DNA of 64,000 nucleotides, from NCBI GenBank assembly GCA_964016885.1, contig OZ024740.1, forward strand, positions 407,340,001-407,404,000. Reading direction: 5' to 3'. Below, one piece after another: positions 29,201 to 45,900 of this stretch. Position 1 is the stretch's first letter; every line of letters begins with the position of its first letter. Source of the DNA: Eledone cirrhosa. Its lineage: Eukaryota. The notes below the pieces were generated by a model. The model made no database searches. It was not told the DNA's origin and saw only the letters and a list, made by a program, of their open reading frames with translations. The translations under genes and the position numbers were made by a program.

Positions 29201-32200
29201 AAGACACTACATAACAAAGTGGCCCACTGACAAGACACTACATAGCAATGTGGCGCACTGACAAGGCACTGAATAGCAATGTGGGTCACTGACGAGACAC
29301 TGAATAGCAATGTGGCCCACTGACAAGACACTACATAGCAATGTGGCCCACTGACAAGACATTGAATAGCAATAGTGGCTCACTGACAAGACACTACATA
29401 GCAATGTGGCCAACTGATAAGACACTACATAGCAATGTGGCCCACTGACAAGACACTGAATAGCAATGTGGCCCATTGACAAGACACTACATAGCAATGT
29501 GGCCTGCTGACAAGACACTGAATAGCAATGTGGCCCACTGACAAGACACTGAATAGCAATGTGGCCCACTGACAAGACACTGAATAGCAATATGGCCCAC
29601 TGAGAAGACACTGAATAGCAATGTGGCCCACTGACAAGACACTACATAGCAATGTAGCCCACTGACAAGACACTACATAGCAATGTGGCCCACTGACAAG
29701 TCACTGAATAGCAATGTGGCCCACTGACAAGACACTACATAGCAATGTGGCCCACTGACAAGACACTACATAGCAATGTGGCCCACTGACAAGACACTAC
29801 ATAGCAATGTGGCCCACTGACAAGACACTACATAACAATGTGGCCCACTGACACGACACTACATAACAATGTGGCCCACTGACAAGACACCACATAGCAA
29901 TGTGTCCCACTGACAAGACACTGAATAGCAATGTGGCCCACTGATAAGACACTGCATAGCAATGTGGCCGACTGACAAGACACTACATAGCAATGTGGCC
30001 CACTGACAAGACACTACATAGCAATGTGGCCCACTGACAAGACACTACATAGCAATGTGGGTCACTGACAAGACACTGAATAGCAATGTGGCCCACTGAC
30101 AAGACACTACATAGCAATGTGGGTCACTGCCAAGACACTGAATAGCAATGTGGCCCACTGACAAGACACTACATAGCAATGTGTCCCACTGACAAGACAC
30201 TGAATAGCAATGTGGCCCACTGATCAGACACTGCATAGCAATGTGGCCCACTGACAAGACACTGAATAGCAATGTGGCCCACTGATAAGACACTAAATAG
30301 CAATGTGGCCCACTGACAAGACACTGAATAGCAATGTGGCCCACTGATATGAGACTACATAGCAATGTGGCCCACTGGCAAGACACTGATTAGCAATGTG
30401 GCCCACTGACAAGACACTGAATAGCAATGTGGCCCACTGATATGAGACTACATAGCAATGTGGCCCACTGGCAAGACACTGATTAGCAATGTGGCCCACT
30501 GACAAGACACTGAATAGCAATGTGGCTCAGTGACAAGACACTACATAACAATGTGGCCCACTGACAAGACACTAAATAGCAATGTGGCTCACTGACAAGA
30601 CACTACATAACAATGTGTCCGACTGACAAGACACTAAATAGCAATGTGGCCCACTGACAAGACACTGAATAGCAATGTGGTTCACTGACAAGACACTACA
30701 TAACAATGTGGCACACAGACAAGACACTAAATAGCAATGTGGTCCATTGACAAGACACTGAATAGCAATGTGGCTCACTGAGAAGACATTGAATAGCAAT
30801 GTGGCCCACTGACAAGACACTACATAGCAATGTGGCCCACTGACAAGACACTACATAGCAATGTGGCCCACTGACAAGACACTGAATAGCAATGTGGGTC
30901 AATGACAAGACACTGAATAGCAATGTGGCCCACTGACAAGACACTGAATAGCAATGTGGCCCACTGACAAGACACTACATAGCAATGTGGCCCACTGAGG
31001 AGACACTAAATAGCAATGTGGCCCACTGACAAGACACTGCATAGCAATGTGGCCCACTGACAAGACACTGAATAGCAATGTGGCCAACAGACAAGACACT
31101 ACATAGCAATGTGGCCCACTGACAAGACACTGAATAGCAATGTGGCCAACAGACAAGACACTACATAGCAATGTGGCCCACTTACAAGACACTACATAGC
31201 AATGTGGCCCACTGACAAGACACTACATAGCAATGTGGCCCACTGAGGAGACACTAAATAGCAATGTGGCCCACTGACAAGACACTGCATAGCAATGTGG
31301 CCCACTGCAAGACACTGAATAGCAATGTGGCCCACTGACAAGACACTACATAGCAATGTGGCCCACTGACAAGACACTGAATAGCAATGTGGCCCACTGA
31401 CAAGACACTACATAGCAATGTGGCCCACTGACAAGACACTACATAGCAATGTGGCCCACTGACAAGATGTTGAATAGCAATATGACCCACTTACAAGACA
31501 CTACATAGCAATATGGCCCACTGACAAGATGTTGAATAGCAATGTGGCCCACTGACAAGAGACTACATAGCAATGTGGCCCACTGACAAGATGCTGAATA
31601 GCAATGTGGCCCACTGACAAGACACTACATAGCAATGTGGCCCACTGACAAGATGCTGAATAGCAATGTGGCCCACTGACAAGACACTACATAGAAATGT
31701 GGCCCACTGATAAGACAATACATAGCAATGTGGCCCACTGACAAGACACTGAATAGCAATGTGGCCCACTGACAAGATGCTAAATAGCAATGTGGCCCAC
31801 TGACAAGACACTACATAGCAATGTGGCCCACTGACAAGACACTACATAGCAATGTGGCCCACTGACAAGACACTGAATAGCAATGTGGCCCACTGACAAG
31901 ATGCTGAATAGCAATGTGGCCCACTGACAACACACCGAATATGAATGTGGCCCACTGACAAGACACTACATAGCAATGTGGCCCACTGACAAGACACTGA
32001 TTAGCAATGAGGCCCACTAACAAGACACTGAATAGCAATGTGGCCCACTGACAAGACACTACATAGCAATGTGGACCACTGACAAGACACTACATAGCAA
32101 TGTGGCCCACTGACAAGACACTGAATAGCAATGTGGCCCACTGACAAGACACTACATAGCATGGTGGCTCATGGAGAAGACACTGAATAGCAATGTGGCT

Positions 32201-35200
32201 CACTGACAAGACACTGAATAGCAATGTGGCCCACTGACAAGACACTACATAGCAATGTGGCCCACTAACAAGACACTGAATAGCAATGTGGCGCACTGAC
32301 AAGACACTGAATAGCAATGTGGCCTACTGACAAGACACTGAATAGCAATGTGGCCCACTGACAAGAAACTGAATAGCAATGTGGCTCAGTGACAAGACAC
32401 TACATAACAATGTGGCCCACTGACAAGACACTAAATAGCAATGTGGCTCACTGACAAGACACTACATAACAATGTGTCCGACTGACAAGACACTAAATAG
32501 CAATGTGGCTCACTGACAAGACACTACATAGCAATGTGGCCTACTAACAAGACACTGAATAGCAATGTGGGTCACTGACAAGACACTGAATAGCAATGTG
32601 GCCCACTGACAAGACACTACATAGCAATGTGGCCCACTGACAAGACATTGAATAGCAATAGTGGCTCACTGACAAGACACTACATAGCAATGTGGCCAAC
32701 TGATAAGACACTACATAGCAATGTGGCCCACTGACAAGATGCTGAATAGCAATGTGGACCACTGACAAGACACTACATAGCAATGTGGCCCACTGACAAG
32801 ACACTACATAACAAAGTGGCCCACTGACAAGACACTACATAGCAATGTGGCGCACTGACAAGGCACTGAATAGCAATGTGGGTCACTGACGAGACACTGA
32901 ATAGCAATGTGGCCCACTGACAAGACACTACATAGCAATGTGGCCCACTGACAAGACATTGAATAGCAATAGTGGCTCACTGACAAGACACTACATAGCA
33001 ATGTGGCCAACTGATAAGACACTACATAGCAATGTGGCCCACTGACAAGACACTGAATAGCAATGTGGCCCATTGACAAGACACTACATAGCAATGTGGC
33101 CTGCTGACAAGACACTGAATAGCAATGTGGCCCACTGACAAGACACTGAATAGCAATGTGGCCCACTGACAAGACACTGAATAGCAATATGGCCCACTGA
33201 GAAGACACTGAATAGCAATGTGGCCCACTGACAAGACACTACATAGCAATGTAGCCCACTGACAAGACACTACATAGCAATGTGGCCCACTGACAAGTCA
33301 CTGAATAGCAATGTGGCCCACTGACAAGACACTACATAGCAATGTGGCCCACTGACAAGACACTGAATAGCAATGTGGCCCACTGACAAGACACTACATA
33401 GCAATGTGGCCCACTGACAAGACACTACATAACAATGTGGCCCACTGACACGACACTACATAACAATGTGGCCCACTGACAAGACACTACATAGCAATGT
33501 GGCCCACTGACAAGACACTACATAGCAATGTGGCCCACTGACAAGACACTACATAACAATGTGTCCCACTGACAAGACACTGAATAGCAATGTGGCCCAC
33601 TGATAAGACACTGCATAGCAATGTGGCCGACTGACAAGACACTACATAGCAATGTGGCCCACTGACAAGACACTACATAGCAATGTGGCCCACTGACAAG
33701 ACACTACATAGCAATGTGGGTCACTGACAAGACACTGAATAGCAATGTGGCCCACTGACAAGACACTACATAGCAATGTGGGTCACTGCCAAGACACTGA
33801 ATAGCAATGTGGCCCACTGACAAGACACTACATAGCAATGTGTCCCACTGACAAGACACTGAATAGCAATGTGGCCCACTGATCAGACACTGCATAGCAA
33901 TGTGGCCCACTGACAAGACACTACATAGCAATGTGGGTCACTGACAAGACACTGAATAGCAATGTGGCCCACTGACAAGACACTACATAGCAATGTGGGT
34001 CACTGACAAGACACTGAATAGCAATGTGGCCCACTGATAAGACACTAAATAGCAATGTGGCCCACTGACAAGACACTGAATAGCAATGTGGCCCACTGGC
34101 AAGACACTGATTAGCAATGTGGCCCACTGACAAGACACTGAATAGCAATGTGGCTCAGTGACAAGACACTACATAACAATGTGGCCCACTGACAAGACAC
34201 TAAATAGCAATGTGGCTCACTGACAAGACACTACATAACAATGTGTCCCACTGACAAGACACTAAATAGCAATGTGGCCCACTGACAAGACACTGAATAG
34301 CAATGTGGTTCACTGACAAGACACTACATAACAATGTGGCCCACTGACAAGACACTAAATAGCAATGTGGTCCATTGACAAGACACTGAATAGCAATGTG
34401 GCTCACTGAGAAGACATTGAATAGCAATGTGGCCCACTGACAAGACACTACATAGCAATGTGGCCCACTGACAAGACACTACATAGCAATGTGGCCCACT
34501 GACAAGACACTGAATAGCAATGTGGCCCACTGACAAGACACTGAATAGCAATGTGGCCCACTGACAAGACACTACATAGCAATGTGGCCCACTGAGGAGA
34601 CACTAAATAGCAATGTGGCCCACTGACAAGACACTGCATAGCAATGTGGCCCACTGACAAGACACTGAATAGCAATGTGGCCAACAGACAAGACACTACA
34701 TAGCAATGTGGCCCACTGACAAGACACTACATAGCAATGTGGCCCACTGACAAGACACTACATAGCAATGTGGCCCACTGAGGAGACACTAAATAGCAAT
34801 GTGGCCCACTGACAAGACACTGCATAGCAATGTGGCCCACTGCAAGACACTGAATAGCAATGTGGCCCACTGACAAGACACTACATAGCAATGTGGCCCA
34901 CTGACAAGACACTGAATAGCAATGTGGCCCACTGACAAGACACTACATAGCAATGTGGCCCACTGACAAGACACTACATAGCAATGTGGCCCACTGACAA
35001 GATGTTGAATAGCAATATGACCCACTTACAAGACACTACATAGCAATATGGCCCACTGACAAGATGTTGAATAGCAATGTGGCCCACTGACAAGAGACTA
35101 CATAGCAATGTGGCCCACTGACAAGATGCTGAATAGCAATGTGGACCACTGACAAGACACTACATAGCAATGTGGCCCACTGACAAGACACTACATAGCA

Positions 35201-38200
35201 ATGTGGCCCACTGACAAGACACTACATAGCAATGTGGCCCACTGATAAGACACTGAATAGCAATGTGGCCCACTGACAAGACACTGAATAGCAATGTGGC
35301 CCACTGACAAGACTCTGCATAGCAATGTGGCCCACTGACAAGACACTGAATAGCAATGTGGCCCACTGACAAGACACTGATTAGCAATGTGGCCTACTGA
35401 CAAGACACTACATAGCAATGTGGCCTACTAACAAGACACTACATAACAAAGTGGCCCACTGACAAGACACTACATAGCAATGTGGCGCACTGACAAGGCA
35501 CTGAATAGCAATGTGGGTCACTGACGAGACACTGAATAGCAATGTGGCCCACTGACAAGACACTACATAGCAATGTGGCCCACTGACAAGACATTGAATA
35601 GCAATAGTGGCTCACTGACAAGACACTACATAGCAATGTGGCCAACTGATAAGACACTACATAGCAATGTGGCCCACTGACAAGACACTGAATAGCAATG
35701 TGGCCCATTGACAAGACACTACATAGCAATGTGGCCTGCTGACAAGACACTGAATAGCAATGTGGCCCACTGACAAGACACTGAATAGCAATGTGGCCCA
35801 CTGACAAGACACTGAATAGCAATATGGCCCACTGAGAAGACACTGAATAGCAATGTGGCCCACTGACAAGACACTACATAGCAATGTAGCCCACTGACAA
35901 GACACTACATAGCAATGTGGCCCACTGACAAGTCACTGAATAGCAATGTGGCCCACTGACAAGACACTACATAGCAATGTGGCCCACTGACAAGACACTA
36001 CATAGCAATGTGGCCCACTGACAAGACACTACATAGCAATGTGGCCCACTGACAAGACACTACATAACAATGTGGCCCACTGACACGACACTACATAACA
36101 ATGTGGCCCACTGACAAGACACCACATAGCAATGTGTCCCACTGACAAGACACTGAATAGCAATGTGGCCCACTGATAAGACACTGCATAGCAATGTGGC
36201 CGACTGACAAGACACTACATAGCAATGTGGCCCACTGACAAGACACTACATAGCAATGTGGCCCACTGACAAGACACTACATAGCAATGTGGGTCACTGA
36301 CAAGACACTGAATAGCAATGTGGCCCACTGACAAGACACTACATAGCAATGTGGGTCACTGCCAAGACACTGAATAGCAATGTGGCCCACTGACAAGACA
36401 CTACATAGCAATGTGTCCCACTGACAAGACACTGAATAGCAATGTGGCCCACTGATCAGACACTGCATAGCAATGTGGCCCACTGACAAGACACTGAATA
36501 GCAATGTGGCCCACTGATAAGACACTAAATAGCAATGTGGCCCACTGACAAGACACTGAATAGCAATGTGGCCCACTGATATGAGACTACATAGCAATGT
36601 GGCCCACTGGCAAGACACTGATTAGCAATGTGGCCCACTGACAAGACACTGAATAGCAATGTGGCCCACTGATATGAGACTACATAGCAATGTGGCCCAC
36701 TGGCAAGACACTGATTAGCAATGTGGCCCACTGACAAGACACTGAATAGCAATGTGGCTCAGTGACAAGACACTACATAACAATGTGGCCCACTGACAAG
36801 ACACTAAATAGCAATGTGGCTCACTGACAAGACACTACATAACAATGTGTCCGACTGACAAGACACTAAATAGCAATGTGGCCCACTGACAAGACACTGA
36901 ATAGCAATGTGGTTCACTGACAAGACACTACATAACAATGTGGCACACAGACAAGACACTAAATAGCAATGTGGTCCATTGACAAGACACTGAATAGCAA
37001 TGTGGCTCACTGAGAAGACATTGAATAGCAATGTGGCCCACTGACAAGACACTACATAGCAATGTGGCCCACTGACAAGACACTACATAGCAATGTGGCC
37101 CACTGACAAGACACTGAATAGCAATGTGGGTCAATGACAAGACACTGAATAGCAATGTGGCCCACTGACAAGACACTGAATAGCAATGTGGCCCACTGAC
37201 AAGACACTACATAGCAATGTGGCCCACTGAGGAGACACTAAATAGCAATGTGGCCCACTGACAAGACACTGCATAGCAATGTGGCCCACTGACAAGACAC
37301 TGAATAGCAATGTGGCCAACAGACAAGACACTACATAGCAATGTGGCCCACTGACAAGACACTGAATAGCAATGTGGCCAACAGACAAGACACTACATAG
37401 CAATGTGGCCCACTTACAAGACACTACATAGCAATGTGGCCCACTGACAAGACACTACATAGCAATGTGGCCCACTGAGGAGACACTAAATAGCAATGTG
37501 GCCCACTGACAAGACACTGCATAGCAATGTGGCCCACTGCAAGACACTGAATAGCAATGTGGCCCACTGACAAGACACTACATAGCAATGTGGCCCACTG
37601 ACAAGACACTGAATAGCAATGTGGCCCACTGACAAGACACTACATAGCAATGTGGCCCACTGACAAGACACTACATAGCAATGTGGCCCACTGACAAGAT
37701 GTTGAATAGCAATATGACCCACTTACAAGACACTACATAGCAATATGGCCCACTGACAAGATGTTGAATAGCAATGTGGCCCACTGACAAGAGACTACAT
37801 AGCAATGTGGCCCACTGACAAGATGCTGAATAGCAATGTGGCCCACTGACAAGACACTACATAGCAATGTGGCCCACTGACAAGATGCTGAATAGCAATG
37901 TGGCCCACTGACAAGACACTACATAGAAATGTGGCCCACTGATAAGACAATACATAGCAATGTGGCCCACTGACAAGACACTGAATAGCAATGTGGCCCA
38001 CTGACAAGATGCTAAATAGCAATGTGGCCCACTGACAAGACACTACATAGCAATGTGGCCCACTGACAAGACACTACATAGCAATGTGGCCCACTGACAA
38101 GACACTGAATAGCAATGTGGCCCACTGACAAGATGCTGAATAGCAATGTGGCCCACTGACAACACACCGAATATGAATGTGGCCCACTGACAAGACACTA

Positions 38201-38741
38201 CATAGCAATGTGGCCCACTGACAAGACACTGATTAGCAATGAGGCCCACTAACAAGACACTGAATAGCAATGTGGCCCACTGACAAGACACTACATAGCA
38301 ATGTGGACCACTGACAAGACACTACATAGCAATGTGGCCCACTGACAAGACACTGAATAGCAATGTGGCCCACTGACAAGACACTACATAGCATGGTGGC
38401 TCATGGAGAAGACACTGAATAGCAATGTGGCTCACTGACAAGACACTGAATAGCAATGTGGCCCACTGACAAGACACTACATAGCAATGTGGCCCACTAA
38501 CAAGACACTGAATAGCAATGTGGCGCACTGACAAGACACTGAATAGCAATGTGGCCTACTGACAAGACACTGAATAGCAATGTGGCCCACTGACAAGAAA
38601 CTGAATAGCAATGTGGCTCAGTGACAAGACACTACATAACAATGTGGCCCACTGACAAGACACTAAATAGCAATGTGGCTCACTGACAAGACACTACATA
38701 ACAATGTGTCCGACTGACAAGACACTAAATAGCAATGTGGC
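26280..38741. repeat. Tandem duplication of a 6232-bp (201-monomer) higher-order unit, two copies
   Basis: Every ORF from 26312 to 32090 has an identical partner 6232 bp downstream (26312/32544, 28928/35160, 32090/38322). 6232 = 201x31+1, consistent with three +1 and two -1 indel monomers per unit. Confidence 0.95.
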
Positions 38742-40129
38742 CCACTGACAAGACACTGAATAGCAATGTGGTTCACTGACAAGACACTACATAACAATGT
38801 GGCACACAGACAAGACACTAAATAGCAATGTGGTCCATTGACAAGACACTGAATAGCAATGTGGCTCACTGAGAAGACATTGAATAGCAATGTGGCCCAC
38901 TGACAAGACACTACATAGCAATGTGGCCCACTGACAAGACACTACATAGCAATGTGGCCCACTGACAAGACACTGAATAGCAATGTGGGTCAATGACAAG
39001 ACACTGAATAGCAATGTGGCCCACTGACAAGACACTGAATAGCAATGTGGCCCACTGACAAGACACTACATAGCAATGTGGCCCACTGAGGAGACACTAA
39101 ATAGCAATGTGGCCCACTGACAAGACACTGCATAGCAATGTGGCCCACTGACAAGACACTGAATAGCAATGTGGCCAACAGACAAGACACTACATAGCAA
39201 TGTGGCCCACTGACAAGACACTGAATAGCAATGTGGCCAACAGACAAGACACTACATAGCAATGTGGCCCACTGACAAGACACTACATAGCAATGTGGCC
39301 CACTGACAAGACACTACATAGCAATGTGGCCCACTGAGGAGACACTAAATAGCAATGTGGCCCACTGACAAGACACTGCATAGCAATGTGGCCCACTGCA
39401 AGACACTGAATAGCAATGTGGCCCACTGACAAGAGACTACATAGCAATGTGGCCCACTGACAAGATGCTGAATAGCAATGTGGCCCACTGACAAGACACT
39501 ACATAGCAATGTGGCCCACTGACAAGATGCTGAATAGCAATGTGGCCCACTGACAAGACACTACATAGAAATGTGGCCCACTGATAAGACAATACATAGC
39601 AATGTGGCCCACTGACAAGACACTGAATAGCAATGTGGCCCACTGACAAGATGCTAAATAGCAATGTGGCCCACTGACAAGACACTACATAGCAATGTGG
39701 CCCACTGACAAGACACTACATAGCAATGTGGCCCACTGACAAGACACTGAATAGCAATGTGGCCCACTGACAAGATGCTGAATAGCAATGTGGCCCACTG
39801 ACAACACACCGAATATGAATGTGGCCCACTGACAAGACACTACATAGCAATGTGGCCCACTGACAAGACACTGATTAGCAATGAGGCCCACTAACAAGAC
39901 ACTGAATAGCAATGTGGCCCACTGACAAGACACTACATAGCAATGTGGACCACTGACAAGACACTACATAGCAATGTGGCCCACTGACAAGACACTGAAT
40001 AGCAATGTGGCCCACTGACAAGACACTACATAGCATGGTGGCTCATGGAGAAGACACTGAATAGCAATGTGGCTCACTGACAAGACACTGAATAGCAATG
40101 TGGCCCACTGACAAGACACTACATAGCAA

Positions 40130-42000
40130 TGTGGCCCACTAACAAGACACTGAATAGCAATGTGGCGCACTGACAAGACACTGAATAGCAATGTGGCCTA
40201 CTGACAAGACACTGAATAGCAATGTGGCCCACTGACAAGAAACTGAATAGCAATGTGGCCCACTGACAAGACACTGAATAGCAATGTGGCCCACTGACAT
40301 GACACTACATAGCAATGTGGCCCACTGACAAGATGCTGAATAGCAATGTGGCCCACTGACAAGACACTGAATAGCAATGTGGCCCACTGAGAAGACACTG
40401 AATAGCAATGTGTCCCACTGACAAGATGCTGAATAGCAATGTGGCCCACTGACAAGACACTGAATAGCAATGTGGCCCACTGTCAAACTGCATAGCAATG
40501 TGGCCCACTGACAAGACACTACATAGCAATGTGGCCCACTGACAAGACACTACATAGCAATGTGGCCCACTGACAAGATGCTGAATAGCAATGTGCACCA
40601 CTGACAAGACACTGAATAGCAATGTGGCCCACTGACAAGACACTACATAGCAATGTGGCTAACTGACAAGACACTGATTAGCAATGTGGCCCAGTGATAA
40701 GACACTACATAGCAATGTGGCCCACTAACAAGACACTGAATAGCAATGTGGCCCACTGACAAGACACTGAATAGCAACGTGGCCTACTGACAAGACACTG
40801 AATAGCAATGTGGCCCACTGACAAGAAACTGAATAGCAATGTGGCCCACTGACAAGACACTGAATAGCAATGTGGCCCACTGACATGACACTACATAGCA
40901 ATGTGGCCCACTGACAAGATGCTGAATAGCAATGTGGCCCACTGACAAGACACTGAATAGCAATGTGGCCCACTGAGAAGACACTGAATAGCAATGTGTC
41001 CCACTGACAAGATGCTGAATAGCAATGTGGCCCACTGACAAGACACTGAATAGCAATGTGGCCCACTGTCAAACTGCATAGCAATGTGGCCCACTGACAA
41101 GACACTACATAGCAATGTGGCCCACTGACAAGACACTACATAGCAATGTGGCCCACTGACAAGATGCTGAATAGCAATGTGGACCACTGACAAGACACTG
41201 AATAGCAATGTGGCCCACTGACAAGACACTACATAGCAATGTGGCTAACTGACAAGACACTGATTAGCAATGTGGCCCAGTGATAAGACACTACATAGCA
41301 ATGTGGCCCACTAACAAGACACTGAATAGCAATGTGGCCCACTGACAAGACACTGAATAGCAATGTGGCCTACTGACAAGACACTGAATAGCAATGTGGC
41401 CCACTGACAAGAAACTGAATAGCAATGTGGCCCACTGACAAGACACTGAATAGCAATGTGGCCTACTGACAAGACACTGAATAGCAATGTGGCCCACTGA
41501 CAAGAAACTGAATAGCAATGTGGCCCACTGACAAGACACTGAATAGCAATGTGGCCCACTGACATGACACTACATAGCAATGTGGCCCACTGACAAGATG
41601 CTGAATAGCAATGTGGCCCACTGACAAGACACTGAATAGCAATGTGGCCCACTGAGAAGACACTGAATAGCAATGTGTCCCACTGACAAGATGCTGAATA
41701 GCAATGTGGCCCACTGACAAGACACTGAATAGCAATGTGTCCCACTGTCAAACTGCATAGCAATGTGGCCCACTGACAAGACACTACATAGCAATGTGGC
41801 CCACTGACAAGACACTACATAGCAATGTGGCCCACTGACAAGATGCTGAATAGCAATGTGGACCACTGACAAGACACTGAATAGCAATGTGGCCCACTGA
41901 CAAGACACTACATAGCAATGTGGCTAACTGACAAGACACTGATTAGCAATGTGGCCCAGTGATAAGACACTACATAGCAATGTGGCCCACTAACAAGACA
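40130..42000. repeat. 586-bp (19-monomer, one 28-bp monomer) higher-order repeat, ~3 copies
   Basis: ORFs at 40139, 40725 and 41311 (offset 586 = 19x31-3); the third copy is 679 bp (+93). Markers are CTGTCAAACTGCATAG and GGCTAACTGAC...GATTAG...CCCAGTGATAAG. Confidence 0.9.
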
Positions 42001-42910
42001 CTGAATAGCAATGTGGCCCACTGACAAGACACTGAATAGCAATGTGGCCCACTGACAAGACACTACATAGCAATGTGGCCCACCGAGGAGACACTAAATA
42101 GCAATGTGGCCCACTGACAAGACACTGCATAGCAATGTGGCCCACTGACAAGACACTGAATAGCAATGTGGCCAACAGACAAGACACTACATAGCAATGT
42201 GGCCCACTGACAAGACACTGAATAGCAATGTGGCCAACAGACAAGACACTACATAGCAATGTGGCCCACTGACAAGACACTACATAGCAATGTGGCCCAC
42301 TGACAAGACACTACATAGCAATGTGGCCCACTGAGGAGACAATAAATAGCAATGTGGCCCACTGACAAGACACTGCATAGCAATGTGGCCCACTGCAAGA
42401 CACTGAATAGCAATGTGGCCCACTGACAAGACACTACATAGCAATGTGGCCCACTGACAAGACACTGAATAGCAATGTGGCCCACTGACAAGACACTACA
42501 TAGCAATGTGGCCCACTGACAAGACACTACATAGCAATGTGGCCCACTCACAAGACACTACATAGCAATGTGGCCCACTGACAAGATGCTGAATAGCAAT
42601 GTGGACCACTGACAAGACACTACATAGCAATGTGGCCCACTGACAAGACACTACATAGCAATGTGGCCCACTGACAAGACACTACATAGCAATGTGGCCC
42701 ACTGATAAGACACTGAATAGCAATGTGGCCCACTGACAAGACACTGAATAGCAATGTGGCCCACTGACAAGACTCTGCATAGCAATGTGGCCCACTGACA
42801 AGACACTGAATAGCAATGTGGCCCACTGACAAGACACTGAGTAGCAATGTGGCCTACTGACAAGACACTACATAGCAATGTGGCCTACTAACAAGACACT
42901 ACATAACAAA

Positions 42911-45900
42911 GTGGCCCACTGACAAGACACTACATAGCAATGTGGCGCACTGACAAGGCACTGAATAGCAATGTGGGTCACTGACGAGACACTGAATAGC
43001 AATGTGGCCCACTGACAAGACACTACATAGCAATGTGGCCCACTGACAAGACATTGAATAGCAATAGTGGCTCACTGACAAGACACTACATAGCAATGTG
43101 GCCAACTGATAAGACACTACATAGCAATGTGGCCAACTGACAAGACACTGAATAGCAATGTGGCCCATTGACAAGACACTACATAGCAATGTGGCCTGCT
43201 GACAAGACACTGAATAGCAATGTGGCCCACTGACAAGACACTGAATAGCAATGTGGCCCACTGACAAGACACTGAATAGCAATATGGCCCACTGAGAAGA
43301 CACTGAATACCAATGTGGCCCACTGACAAGACACTACATAGCAATGTAGCCCACTGACAAGACACTACATAGCAATGTGGCCCACTGACAAGTCAATGAA
43401 TAGCAATGTGGCCCACTGACAAGACACTACATAGCAATGTGGCCCACTGACAAGACACTACATAGCAATGTGGCCCACTGACAAGACACTACATAGCAAT
43501 GTGGCCCACTGACAAGACACTACATAACAATGTGGCCCACTGACACGACACTACATAACAATGTGGCCCACTGACAAGACACCACATAGCAATGTGTCCC
43601 ACTGACAAGACACTGAATAGCAATGTGGCCCACTGATAAGACACTGCATAGCAATGTGGCCGACTGACAAGACACTACATAGCAATGTGGCCCACTGACA
43701 AGACACTACATAGCAATGTGGCCCACTGACAAGACACTACATAGCAATGTGGGTCACTGACAAGACACTGAATAGCAATGTGGCCCACTGACAAGACACT
43801 ACATAGCAATGTGGGTCACTGCCAAGACACTGAATAGCAATGTGGCCCACTGACAAGACACTACATAGCAATGTGTCCCACTGACAAGACACTGAATAGC
43901 AATGTGGCCCACTGATCAGACACTGCATAGCAATGTGGCCCACTGACAAGACACTACATAGCAATGTGGGTCACTGACAAGACACTGAATAGCAATGTGG
44001 CCCACTGACAAGACACTACATAGCAATGTGGGTCACTGACAAGACACTGAATAGCAATGTGGCCCACTGATAAGACACTAAATAGCAATGTGGCCCACTG
44101 ACAAGACACTGAATAGCAATGTGGCCCACTGATATGAGACTACATAGCAATGTGGCCCACTGGCAAGACACTGATTAGCAATGTGGCCCACTGACAAGAC
44201 ACTGAATAGCAATGTGGCTCAGTGACAAGACACTACATAACAATGTGGCCCACTGACAAGACACTAAATAGCAATGTGGCTCACTGACAAGACACTACAT
44301 AACAATGTGTCCCACTGACAAGACACTAAATAGCAATGTGGCCCACTGACAAGACACTGAATAGCAATGTGGTTCACTGACAAGACACTACATAACAATG
44401 TGGCCCACAGACAAGACACTAAATAGCAATGTGGTCCATTGACAAGACACTGAATAGCAATGTGGCTCACTGAGAAGACATTGAATAGCAATGTGGCCCA
44501 CTGACAAGACACTACATAGCAATGTGGCCCACTGACAAGACACTACATAGCAATGTGGCCCACTGACAAGACACTGAATAGCAATGTGGCCCACTGACAA
44601 GACACTGAATAGCAATGTGGGTCACTGACAAGACACTGAATAGCAATGTGGCCCACTGACAAGACACTGAATAGCAATGTGGCCCACTGACAAGACACTA
44701 CATAGCAATGTGGCCCACTGAGGAGACACTAAATAGCAATGTGGCCCACTGACAAGACACTGCATAGCAATGTGGCCCACTGACAAGACACTGAATAGCA
44801 ATGTGGCCAACAGACAAGACACTACATAGCAATGTGGCCCACTGACAAGACACTGAATAGCAATGTGGCCAACAGACAAGACACTACATAGCAATGTGGC
44901 CCACTGACAAGACACTACATAGCAATGTGGCCCACTGACAAGACACTACATAGCAATGTGGCCCACTGTGGAGACACTAAATAGCAATGTGGCCCACTGA
45001 CAAGACACTGCATAGCAATGTGGCCCACTGCAAGACACTGAATAGCAATGTGGCCCACTGACAAGACACTACATAGCAATGTGGCCCACTGACAAGACAC
45101 TGAATAGCAATGTGGCCCACTGACAAGACACTACATAGCAATGTGGCCCACTGACAAGACACTACATAGCAATGTGGCCCACTGACAAGATGTTGAATAG
45201 CAATATGACCCACTTACAAGACACTACATAGCAATATGGCCCACTGACAAGATGTTGAATAGCAATGAGGCCCACTGACAAGAGACTACATAGCAATGTG
45301 GCCCACTGACAAGATGCTGAATAGCAATGTGGCCCACTGACAAGACACTACATAGCAATGTGGCCCACTGACAAGATGCTGAATAGCAATGTGGCCCACT
45401 GACAAGACACTACATAGAAATGTGGCCCACTGATAAGACAATACATAGCAATGTGGCCCACTGACAAGACACTGAATAGCAATGTGGCCCACTGACAAGA
45501 TGCTAAATAGCAATGTGGCCCACTGACAAGACACTACATAGCAATGTGGCCCACTGACAAGACACTACATAGCAATGTGGCCCACTGACAAGACACTGAA
45601 TAGCAATGTGGCCCACTGACAAGATGCTGAATAGCAATGTGGCCCACTGCAACACACCGAATATGAATGTGGCCCACTGACAAGACACTACATAGCAATG
45701 TGGCCCACTGACAAGACACTGATTAGCAATGAGGCCCACTAACAAGACACTGAATAGCAATGTGGCCCACTGACAAGACACTACATAGCAATGTGGACCA
45801 CTGACAAGACACAGAATAGCAATGTGGCCCACTGACAAGACACTGAATAGCAATGTGGCCCACTGACAAGACACTACATAGCATGGTGGCTCATGGAGAA

